Part shown: positions 1 through 7,831 of the stretch, piece after piece
How positions within the stretch are numbered: the stretch's first letter is position 1
Layout of the letters: each line of letters opens with the position of its first letter
NCBI GenBank assembly: GCA_016176285.1
Contig: JACOXM010000002.1
Span: forward strand, 10,917-74,916
DNA length: 64,000 nt
Direction of reading: 5' to 3'
Source: Candidatus Giovannonibacteria bacterium
Lineage (GTDB): Bacteria; Patescibacteriota; Minisyncoccia; JACPKW01; UBA11713
Position numbers and translations under genes: made by a program
Notes under the pieces: model-generated
What the model was told of the DNA's origin: nothing
The model's database searches: none
The model's input: only the letters and a program-made list of their open reading frames with translations

Positions 1-230
1 GTAAATAGTGTCAAAAGCCAGAGACGACTTTCCTGACCCCGAAAGGCCCGTCATCACGACAATTTTATTTTTCGGTATGGAAACGGAAATATTTTTCAAG
101 TTATGAACCCGAGCTCCGCGAATATTTAGAAAATCTTTTGATGACCCCGCCATATGTAATATTTAAAGTCTTAATTATATAAACAAAGTCAAGTATTTTC
201 AATAGTCCGCAAGTTCTATATTATATTCGC

Positions 231-1481
231 ATGCTTAGACGTTCTGATTTCAAAAAAGCGCCGTCTGGCGCAGGGATTTATTTTTTCAGGGATAGTCGGG
301 GACGCATCATATATGTAGGCAAGGCACAGAATTTAAAACTGCGCCTTTTGAGTTATGCGGATTTTGGACGCGCGGAAATTCGTAAGCATAAAATGCTTAA
401 AGAAGCCATGACCATTGAATGGCACGAACTCTCAAGCGATATAGAGGCGCTGATAGAAGAAGCAATCGCAATCAAACAACATAGGCCGCGGTACAACATA
501 GTTTTCCGCGACGACAAGCAATATTTCTTCGTCGGATTTTCCAGGGGAAGATTCCCACGAATAATTTTAACGCACCAAAGAATAAAAGAATTTGATCTGA
601 TTGGGCCGTTTACCGACGGGGGTTCTCTGAAAAGCGTTTTAGGAAGTTTAAGGCGAATTTTCCCGTATTGCATCTGCAAGGAAAAGCACAAGCGCCCGTG
701 CGTGCGCTCGGAAATTGGGCGGTGCCTCGAAATATGCTGTCTTAAAAATCCTCCGGAGAACGACCAGCGCGAAAAAATATACAAAAAAAATATTCGCGCT
801 ATAAAAAATGTCCTCCGAGGCAAAAGGCAGGACGTTCTAAAATCACTGGAACGGGAAATGAAAGAATTTTCTAAAAAACAGAATTTCGAAGAAGCTAAAA
901 AACGCCACGATCAAATCCACGCCCTTGAAAATATATTCCGGCATAGGCATATAATCAGGCGCGAATTAAATCCCGAGCGAGCAAAAGCCCTCCTGCTCGC
1001 AAAAGATATTTTGGGCCTTCCCGATATACCCATTAGGATTGAAGGATATGATATCTCAAATCTTCAGGGCACAAATGCGGTCGGATCCATGGTGGTATTC
1101 GAAGAAGGAGAACCTAAAAAATCTGACTACAGATTATTTAAAATTCGTTTAAAAAATACGCCGGACGACACAGCCATGCATCGGGAGGTTTTGTCCCGCC
1201 GATTAAAGCATGAGGAATGGCCTCTGCCGGATTTGATTTTGATAGACGGAGGCCTCGGCCAATGGAATGCCACAAAAAAAGTTTTGAATAATTTCGAGCT
1301 TAATACCCCGCTCGCCTCATTAGCGAAAAAGGAGGAAGAACTATGGCTCGGAAAAAATAAAAAAATCCAGCTTAAAAAAATGCCCGTATCCCTTCTTCAT
1401 TTATTTCAGCATATCCGCAACGAATCCCACCGTTTCGCGATTAATTTCCATAGAAACAGCAGGTCAAAAAATCTATTTTGA
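231..1481 (+). CDS. uvrC: Excinuclease ABC subunit C (UvrC), short form lacking C-terminal (HhH)2 domain
   Basis: N-terminal GIY-YIG motif (GIYFF...IIYVGKAQNLKLRL). Cys cluster KRPCVRSEIGRCLEIC resembling the UvrC RPC..RC..PC motif. UVR-like segment (QNFEEAKKRHDQIHALENI). Endonuclease-domain signature IRIEGYDISNLQG...YRLFKI. Only 416 aa. Confidence 0.75.
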   Translation: MLRRSDFKKAPSGAGIYFFRDSRGRIIYVGKAQNLKLRLLSYADFGRAEIRKHKMLKEAMTIEWHELSSDIEALIEEAIAIKQHRPRYNIVFRDDKQYFFVGFSRGRFPRIILTHQRIKEFDLIGPFTDGGSLKSVLGSLRRIFPYCICKEKHKRPCVRSEIGRCLEICCLKNPPENDQREKIYKKNIRAIKNVLRGKRQDVLKSLEREMKEFSKKQNFEEAKKRHDQIHALENIFRHRHIIRRELNPERAKALLLAKDILGLPDIPIRIEGYDISNLQGTNAVGSMVVFEEGEPKKSDYRLFKIRLKNTPDDTAMHREVLSRRLKHEEWPLPDLILIDGGLGQWNATKKVLNNFELNTPLASLAKKEEELWLGKNKKIQLKKMPVSLLHLFQHIRNESHRFAINFHRNSRSKNLF

Positions 1482-1741
1482 CTTTAGGATTAATAAATGC
1501 TACTTTTAAACATATGTCTTTTCTCGCACGGGTTATGCCTTTTATTCAATTGGGTATATCAATCCTCTTAATTGTGACTATTCTTCTTCAGCAAAAAGGG
1601 TCAGGTCTTTCTGCGACTTTCGGCGGTGAAGGAAATACATATACGACAAAAAGGGGGCTCGAAAAAATCTTATTCAGGGCAACAATAATTCTGGCGATTA
1701 TTTTTTTAGTTTTGGCTTTTCTTAATTTACTGCTTCGTTAA
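1478..1741 (+). CDS. secG: Preprotein translocase subunit SecG (true start probably the internal Met near 1514)
   Basis: Two-TM small protein. LLIVTILLQQKGSGLSATFGGEG closely matches the SecG consensus (LLQ..KG.G....GG). Confidence 0.7.
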   Translation: MTLGLINATFKHMSFLARVMPFIQLGISILLIVTILLQQKGSGLSATFGGEGNTYTTKRGLEKILFRATIILAIIFLVLAFLNLLLR

Positions 1742-1747
1742 ATTTAC

Positions 1748-3457
1748 GTGGGTCTTTTATTAAACAGAATCCGTTATGCCTTGCGCTTAATGGGTGGGAA
1801 AGAGCGGGGGATATTATTAATTCTTTCGCTTCTTCTCTTTATAGGTTTCGTTGGAACGGCAAATTTAATAAACCAGCGTTTTTCGGTTATTGTTCCGGAT
1901 GAAGGGGGTACTATTAAGGAAGGAGTGCTCGGACAGCCGCATTTCCCGAATCCCCTTTTGGCTATTGCAGACACTGATCGCGATATTGTGAACCTTGTAT
2001 ATGGAGGGCTCATGAAGCCCGATGGAAAAGGCAATTTAATTCCGGAACTCGCTGAAAGGTATGAAATTTCATCAGATGGATTGTCTTACACCTTTTTTCT
2101 GCAAAAAAACGCAAAATTTCATGATGGGAAAAAAATTACCGCCGATGACATAATTTTTACAATTGAAAGCGCAAAAAACCCCGCGATAAAAAGCCCTTAT
2201 AGAGCGGGCTGGGAAGGAGTTGGAGTAGAAAAAATAGACGAAAACACAGTACGCTTCTGGCTAAAAAAACCTTACGCCCCGTTTCTTGAAAACACTACTA
2301 TCGGAATTCTGCCAAAACACCTTTGGAAAGATATTACGCCGGAACAAATCAGTCTTTCTGGGCTTACAATAAAGCCGATAGGCTCAGGTCCTTATAAAAT
2401 TTCGAGTATCTCAAGAAATGGATCCGTTATTAAAAAATATAATTTGAATTCTTTCTCCGGATATGTATCGGAAAAATCTTATATAAATAAAATTATTTTT
2501 ATCTTTTATCCATCTGAAGTTGAAATGATAAGCGCTTATGAACGCGGCGAAATTAACGCGATTTCGGCGGTTTCCCCCCAAAATCTGCAAAAAATTAAAA
2601 GAAAGGATGGAATTGTAAAAGGACTGAATCTTCCGAGAGTATTCGGGCTTTTCTTTAATCCAAACGAGCAAAATATATTTACAGAAAAAATTGTAAGACA
2701 AGCGCTTGAAATGTCCGCGGACAAAAAGAAAATTATTAAAGAAGTTCTCGGCGGATATGCCAAAGAAATCTCCTCCCCTATCCCAGAAGGAAGCTTCGGT
2801 GCGCTCACAAATAATGATTCAATTTACGATCCAGTCGGGGCAAAAGCGCTTCTTGAAAAAAACGGATGGAAATTTAACAACGGCTCGAAAACATATGAAA
2901 AAGCGGCAAAGGGCCAGCCAACAAAAGAGCTGAGTTTTTCAATTTCAACTTCCAACGCCCCGGATCTTGTGCGTACAGCAGACATATTGAAAAAAGGATG
3001 GGAAAACATAGGTGTAAAAGTTGAGATACGGGTATTCGAAAATGAAGATCTGAAACAAAATGTAATAAGGACAAGAAAATATGATTCGCTTTTATATGGG
3101 GAGATTGTCGGCCGCGATCCCGATCCGTTCGCTTATTGGCATTCTTCGCAAAGAAATGATCCCGGATTAAATCTTGCGCTTTATACGTCTTCCAAGGTCG
3201 ACAAAATTCTGGAGGATGCAAGAAGCATCGTCTCGCGTGAAGACCGGGCACAAAAATACGCCGACTTTCAAAAAGAAATTGCCGCAGATTCACCAAGTAT
3301 TTTTTTATACTCTCCGGATTTCATTTATGTTATCCCAAAAAGTTTAAAGGGATTCGAAAACATAAATATAGTCACGCCAGCAGAACGATTTAGCAGCGTT
3401 AATAAATGGTATTTCGATACGCGATATGTCTGGAAAGTCCTTTATAAGAAAAGCTAG
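1748..3457 (+). CDS. ABC transporter substrate-binding protein, family 5 (oligopeptide/dipeptide-binding, OppA/DppA-like)
   Basis: GTG start and an N-terminal signal anchor. Region YGGLMKPDGKGNLIPELAERYEISSDGLSYTFFLQKNAKFHDGKKITADDIIFT is typical of SBP_bac_5 proteins. Confidence 0.75.
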   Translation: MGLLLNRIRYALRLMGGKERGILLILSLLLFIGFVGTANLINQRFSVIVPDEGGTIKEGVLGQPHFPNPLLAIADTDRDIVNLVYGGLMKPDGKGNLIPELAERYEISSDGLSYTFFLQKNAKFHDGKKITADDIIFTIESAKNPAIKSPYRAGWEGVGVEKIDENTVRFWLKKPYAPFLENTTIGILPKHLWKDITPEQISLSGLTIKPIGSGPYKISSISRNGSVIKKYNLNSFSGYVSEKSYINKIIFIFYPSEVEMISAYERGEINAISAVSPQNLQKIKRKDGIVKGLNLPRVFGLFFNPNEQNIFTEKIVRQALEMSADKKKIIKEVLGGYAKEISSPIPEGSFGALTNNDSIYDPVGAKALLEKNGWKFNNGSKTYEKAAKGQPTKELSFSISTSNAPDLVRTADILKKGWENIGVKVEIRVFENEDLKQNVIRTRKYDSLLYGEIVGRDPDPFAYWHSSQRNDPGLNLALYTSSKVDKILEDARSIVSREDRAQKYADFQKEIAADSPSIFLYSPDFIYVIPKSLKGFENINIVTPAERFSSVNKWYFDTRYVWKVLYKKS

Positions 3458-4148
3458 CGACCTCTCCCCGGTTTTATTCGTGCCTTCGACGGATAAACGC
3501 GCAATTTATGAAGTCGAAAGGGAGCAAAACGACCCGGAAGAACAAGGGCTTTTACAAAAATTAAAAATAAGGTATGATATAACAACCATTTTCCCAGGAC
3601 TCATTGGAAACGAGCTCCCTAAAACCTTCGGGCATTACCATCCAAGGAATTTAAGCGGCGTTGCTTATCCGGAAATATACGAAGTTATTGAAAACCGCGC
3701 CTGGTATTTGATTCAGCGGCCGAATAAAAATCAGCCAAAAGTAATCGAGGAAGTTTACCTGATCGAAACCAAGCAAAACGAAAAAGCTTTGATTCCCCCG
3801 GGCTTCGGGCATGTAACCATCAACCCAGAAAATAAGAATCTTGTAATGGCAAATTTTGTAGCAAATGGGTTTGATTTTGACTATCAAACTTATGAAAATC
3901 TCAGGGGAAGCGCTTACTACCTTCTTCACGCGGATAAGGACGAGTTAGTACGCCTTGAAAAAAACTCATATTACGATAAAGTTCCTGAAATAATAAAACT
4001 AAAGCCCAAGGAAATACCTGAATTAGGAATCACGTGGGATGTGCCGCTTTATGACATGATAAAAAAGCCGGAGACATTGGATTTTTTGATCCATCCGGAA
4101 AAATATCTGGAATTACTAACAATAAAAAACTGCTTTACGAAAATTTAA
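3426..4148 (+). CDS. Cupin-type (archaeal-type) glucose-6-phosphate isomerase-like protein
   Basis: Metal-ligand pattern GHYHP...PEIYEV and ALIPPGFGHVTIN resembles Pyrococcus cupin PGI (GHFHAK..AEVYV; VPPYWAHRTVN). Overlaps the upstream gene by 32 nt, so the start may be later. Confidence 0.5.
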   Translation: MSGKSFIRKASDLSPVLFVPSTDKRAIYEVEREQNDPEEQGLLQKLKIRYDITTIFPGLIGNELPKTFGHYHPRNLSGVAYPEIYEVIENRAWYLIQRPNKNQPKVIEEVYLIETKQNEKALIPPGFGHVTINPENKNLVMANFVANGFDFDYQTYENLRGSAYYLLHADKDELVRLEKNSYYDKVPEIIKLKPKEIPELGITWDVPLYDMIKKPETLDFLIHPEKYLELLTIKNCFTKI

Positions 4149-4155
4149 TCTTTTA

Positions 4156-4360
4156 GGGCGAGTGGCGAAACTGGCAGATTCACCCTCCCACCAATGCCCT
4201 CCTGGCGGAACTGGTAGACGCGCTGGCTTCAGGAGCCAGTGGGAGAAATCCCGTGGAGGTTCGAATCCTCTGGAGGGCACACGAGGGCATTGGTGGGAGG
4301 GCAAGCGCTTCAGGAGCCAGCGGGGTCAAACCCATGGAGATTCGAATCCTCTCTCGCCCA
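4156..4360 (+). pseudogene. Degenerate/split second tRNA-Leu-like gene whose 5' and 3' parts flank the intact tRNA-Leu
   Basis: The 5' part (4156-4179) has acceptor GGGCGAG + TG + a D-arm-like GCGAAACTGGCAGA. The 3' part (~4306-4360) has TTCAGGA-GCCAGC, variable arm GGGG-TCAA-ACCC, a T-arm with TTCGAAT, and acceptor CTCGCCC + A exactly complementary to the 5' GGGCGAG. It lacks the 3' D-stem strand and the 5' anticodon-stem strand, and has A at the normally conserved G53 position. Confidence 0.45.
4196..4279 (+). tRNA. tRNA-Leu (anticodon CAG), class II with long variable arm, CCA not encoded
   Basis: Hand-folded cloverleaf. Acceptor GCCCTCC/GGAGGGC is perfect. 3-bp D-stem. Anticodon stem CTGGC/GCCAG with loop TTCAGGA. 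Variable arm GGGA-GAAA-TCCC. T-arm GGAGG-TTCGAAT-CCTCT. Discriminator A. Confidence 0.8.
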
Positions 4361-4390
4361 CGTAAATTATTTATCAACTAATAAGAGAAT

Positions 4391-6136
4391 ATGACACCAC
4401 AAAGACAATCCGTCGGACGGATTAAAACAAGAACGGCGCCCGCACTAAACGAAATGCCGAAACAAGCCGAAGGACCCGTTTTAAAATTTCTTCCACTGGG
4501 AGGATGCGGCGAGGTTACCAGAAGCTGCTACGTTTACGAATACAAAGATGACATTGTTATCGTGGACATGGGGCTGCAATTTCCGGAAGAGGATATGCCG
4601 GGAATAGATTACATTATTCCGAACGTGGAATATCTTATTCCAAAAAGAAAAAATATCCGAGGAGTGATCGTCACCCACGGCCACCTCGATCACATCGGGG
4701 CGATTCCCCACTTACTCGAGCCGTTGGGAAACCCCGTTATCTATACGAAACCCCTGACGCGCGGAATGATTTTGAAACGGCAGGAAGATTTCAGAGGAAC
4801 ACCTCACCCGAAAGTTGAACTCGTTGATGAAAACACTAAATTGAAATTAGGTTGTTTCGACGTGGAATTTTTCCATGTAAACCACAACATTCCGGATTCC
4901 ATGGGCGTCGTTCTTCGATCACCCGCGGGCACGGTCGTGCATACGGGCGACTGGAAATTCGATCACACTCCCGTGAATGAGCGTCCCGCCGACGTAGAGC
5001 GGCTCAAACAAATCGGCAAGGACAACGTGCTGCTTTTAGTTGCCGACTCGACCGGATCGCAATCCCCAGGAAAAACAATATCCGAATCGGAAATACAAAA
5101 AAATTTGGATGAAATTTTTACGAAAGCTAAGGGACGAATTATCGCCGCTACATTTTCATCCTTGTTAACGCGCGTACAGCAATTAATTTGGCTAGCGGAA
5201 AAATACGATAGAAAAGTTCTGATCGAGGGAACCTCAATGAAACAAAACGTTCAAGTTGCCCAGGAACTTGGATACCTGAAAATTAAAAAAGGCACAGTAA
5301 TCGGGCGCGAAGACCTCGCCCATACACCCAAAGAAAAAATAATAGTCGTATGCACCGGCGCGCAGGGCGAAGACAGGGCCGCGCTTATGCGCATCGCAAA
5401 CGGCGAGCATAAATACTTGCACTTGGAAAATACGGACTCCGTTATATTCTCTTCATCGGTAGTGCCGGGGAACGAAGCGTCCGTACAAAGATTAAAAGAT
5501 ATCCTATATAAAAAGGCTGAGAAGATTTTTCATTCAGAATCAATGGACATACATGCTTCCGGGCACGCAAAGGGAGACGATCTTAAAGAAATGATTCAAT
5601 TGATAAAGCCGAAATATTTCATTCCAATGCACGGCAATTATTTCATGTTAAAACTTCATTCCGATTTGGCAATTGATGCCGGAATAAAAAAAGAGAATGC
5701 TGTTATCGCGGAAGACGGAGAAATTATAGTTATGGATAAAAATGCCATTCGTAAATCCGGGCAAAAAGCCCCCGTAAACCTGATAATGGTTGATGGATTG
5801 GGCGTGGGAGACGTTAAAGAAGTTGTGCTTCGCGATAGGCAAATGCTCGCGGAAGACGGAATATTCGTAATTATATCCGTTGTAGATTCCGAAACCGGAA
5901 AAGTTAAAGGATCGCCGGATATTATTTCTAGGGGCTTCGTTTATTTGCGCGAATCCCGCGATCTCCTCTCGCAGGCAAGGCATTTAATTAGAAAAGTAAT
6001 CGAAGAATCCACCTCGCAAATGCACCCAATCAACTGGACCTTTCTCAAAGACGAACTCCGTGAAGAACTCGGAAAATTCTTATTCCGCAAAACAGAAAGA
6101 AGACCGATGGTATTGCCGGTGATCATCGAAGTCTAA
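4391..6136 (+). CDS. rnj: Ribonuclease J (metallo-beta-lactamase / beta-CASP RNase)
   Basis: HGHLDHIG zinc motif, beta-CASP region, ~580 aa and the typical RNase J N-terminus. Confidence 0.9.
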   Translation: MTPQRQSVGRIKTRTAPALNEMPKQAEGPVLKFLPLGGCGEVTRSCYVYEYKDDIVIVDMGLQFPEEDMPGIDYIIPNVEYLIPKRKNIRGVIVTHGHLDHIGAIPHLLEPLGNPVIYTKPLTRGMILKRQEDFRGTPHPKVELVDENTKLKLGCFDVEFFHVNHNIPDSMGVVLRSPAGTVVHTGDWKFDHTPVNERPADVERLKQIGKDNVLLLVADSTGSQSPGKTISESEIQKNLDEIFTKAKGRIIAATFSSLLTRVQQLIWLAEKYDRKVLIEGTSMKQNVQVAQELGYLKIKKGTVIGREDLAHTPKEKIIVVCTGAQGEDRAALMRIANGEHKYLHLENTDSVIFSSSVVPGNEASVQRLKDILYKKAEKIFHSESMDIHASGHAKGDDLKEMIQLIKPKYFIPMHGNYFMLKLHSDLAIDAGIKKENAVIAEDGEIIVMDKNAIRKSGQKAPVNLIMVDGLGVGDVKEVVLRDRQMLAEDGIFVIISVVDSETGKVKGSPDIISRGFVYLRESRDLLSQARHLIRKVIEESTSQMHPINWTFLKDELREELGKFLFRKTERRPMVLPVIIEV

Positions 6137-6141
6137 AAAAT

Positions 6142-6178
6142 AAAGAGGCGAGAATTTATTCTCGCCTCTTTATTTTTT
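6142..6178. terminator. Bidirectional rho-independent terminator between convergent rnj and the Cas2-fold gene
   Basis: Perfect hairpin AAAGAGGCGAGAA-TTTA-TTCTCGCCTCTTT, flanked by an A-run upstream and a T-run downstream. Confidence 0.6.
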
Positions 6179-6231
6179 AGAACTTACTCCTATAATACGC
6201 GATAGCGTAAAATAGGAACGGGTGAATAAAA

Positions 6232-6765
6232 TCAAATCAATTTAAATTTTTTTCTAAGATCATCATCTGGACTGATAGGAGCTTCGATATAATAAACATA
6301 ATCGGAAATATTGAAAAAGTTTATAATAAAATTTATTTCGTCTCTACAAAAATAAGGATATATAAAAATACTCTTCTGGAATTCTAAAAATCCGATGTCT
6401 TTTAATTTTTTGCGCAGAGCATCTCTAGCTTTTTTTCTTTGCTCTGGAATATCGAAAAGCACCATACGCCACTTTTTATCCCACCTTTTATTGCTAGGAA
6501 GTTTTAATTGTTTGAATATATACCATAAATTCCGCACCCTTCCCTTTTCTGTAAGGATTATTCTTTTATTATCTATTTGAATATATTTCAAAATTTTGAA
6601 TTTTCTTATTAAACTTTGCAGTTCTTTTTGATCTATCGTATTCCAGATATAATCAGCGTCTCTAATCAACTCTAATCTCTGCTGTTTATTTTTTGTAAAA
6701 CCTAACAAAGCGCCGGTGGCTAGTAGTTCTAAAACTTTTCCAGCAAAAGCACTATACCTAGACAT
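6232..6765 (-). CDS. PaaX-like putative regulator: N-terminal winged-HTH-like domain fused to a C-terminal Cas2-fold domain
   Basis: The C-terminal half (WRMVLFDIPEQRKKARDALRKKLKDIGFLEFQKSIFIYP...YVYYIE) fits the Cas2 / PaaX_C pattern (MLVLVTYDV...[24 protein letters not shown]). The N-terminus looks like a wHTH. There is no cas1 or CRISPR array in the window. Confidence 0.45.
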   Translation of the reverse strand: MSRYSAFAGKVLELLATGALLGFTKNKQQRLELIRDADYIWNTIDQKELQSLIRKFKILKYIQIDNKRIILTEKGRVRNLWYIFKQLKLPSNKRWDKKWRMVLFDIPEQRKKARDALRKKLKDIGFLEFQKSIFIYPYFCRDEINFIINFFNISDYVYYIEAPISPDDDLRKKFKLI

Positions 6766-6839
6766 ATACTTATATTAAGCGATAGCATTGTATAAGTACA
6801 AGTCTTTATGATTATCGGATTTGATAGTAAAATAAGAAA

Positions 6840-7823
6840 ATGGTAAAACCAGTAGCCGTTTCGGGCGTACAGCCCTCCGGGGAAATTCATATAGGAAATT
6901 ATCTAGGTGCGATTAAACAATTCGTAGAATTGCAGGAAAAATATCAAACATATTTTTTCATTGTTGACTTGCACGCGCTTACAGAAAATCCCGACCCGCA
7001 AAAATTAAGGGAACAAACTATTTCTTTGGCGGCCCTGTATCTAGCCTGTGGACTTAACCCAAAAAAGACTACCCTCTTTATTCAATCCCATGTTCCCGCT
7101 CACACTGAGCTCGGGTGGATTTTAAACACCTTAACACCACTCGGCGAACTGCAAAGAATGACGCAGTTCAAGGATAAAAGCGAGAAGCACGGGGTTCTCG
7201 CGGGGTTATTAAATTATCCCACCCTGATGGCCGCCGACATTCTTTTATATCGGCCTGAAGTTGTGCCGGTGGGAGAGGATCAAGTTCAACACTTGGAACT
7301 CACGAGGACGCTCGCAAGAAAATTTAATTCAAAATACGGAAAAACTTTTATCGAACCGAGGGCGCTAGTCGAAAAAGATGTTGCCAGGGTGATGGGACTC
7401 GATGACCCTACCAAAAAGATGTCCAAATCCGCCGCAAATCCGAATAATTATATTAATATTTCAGACAGCCCTGATGTTATCAGAAAGAAAATAAAAGTTG
7501 CTGTTACGGATTCCGGAAGCGAAATAAAATACGACTTGCAAACAAAACTGGGAATCTCGAACTTGCTTTCCATTTACAGCGTCTTCTCGGGAAATTCCAT
7601 AAAAAGCATCGAATTTAAATATTCGGGAAAAAATTACGGCATTTTCAAATCCGATCTCTCGGAATTACTTGTCGAAAAACTCTCCCCCATTCAGAAAAAA
7701 TATGAATCCTTTTTGAAAAATAAAAAAAGTCTGATGAAAATTTTAGACGACGGATCAAAAAAGGCGAATAAAACCGCGGAGAAAACATTAAAGGATGTGC
7801 GCGAAAAAATAGGGTTGATATAA
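6840..7823 (+). CDS. trpS: Tryptophanyl-tRNA synthetase
   Basis: Class I HIGH-type motif (SGEIHIGNYLG) and KMSKS. ~327 aa, typical of TrpRS. Confidence 0.9.
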   Translation: MVKPVAVSGVQPSGEIHIGNYLGAIKQFVELQEKYQTYFFIVDLHALTENPDPQKLREQTISLAALYLACGLNPKKTTLFIQSHVPAHTELGWILNTLTPLGELQRMTQFKDKSEKHGVLAGLLNYPTLMAADILLYRPEVVPVGEDQVQHLELTRTLARKFNSKYGKTFIEPRALVEKDVARVMGLDDPTKKMSKSAANPNNYINISDSPDVIRKKIKVAVTDSGSEIKYDLQTKLGISNLLSIYSVFSGNSIKSIEFKYSGKNYGIFKSDLSELLVEKLSPIQKKYESFLKNKKSLMKILDDGSKKANKTAEKTLKDVREKIGLI

Positions 7824-7831
7824 ATTTTAAC

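Noticed and set aside
353-823. 156-aa minus-strand ORF inside uvrC, and many similar antisense or overlapping ORFs throughout. Examples are 1774-2034, 8265-8723, 9328-9780, 14514-14924, 28769-29071, 36077-36500, 40932-41366, 47570-48283 and 62962-63453.
   Set aside because: They lie antisense to, or out of frame within, genes that have strong family signatures. Their composition is low-complexity and they show no motifs. These are typical shadow ORFs.
4162-4377. ORFs 4162-4365 (+) and 4180-4377 (-) predicted across the tRNA-Leu region.
   Set aside because: The sequence folds into tRNA structures. The translated products are tRNA-derived nonsense (GGTGRRAGF...).
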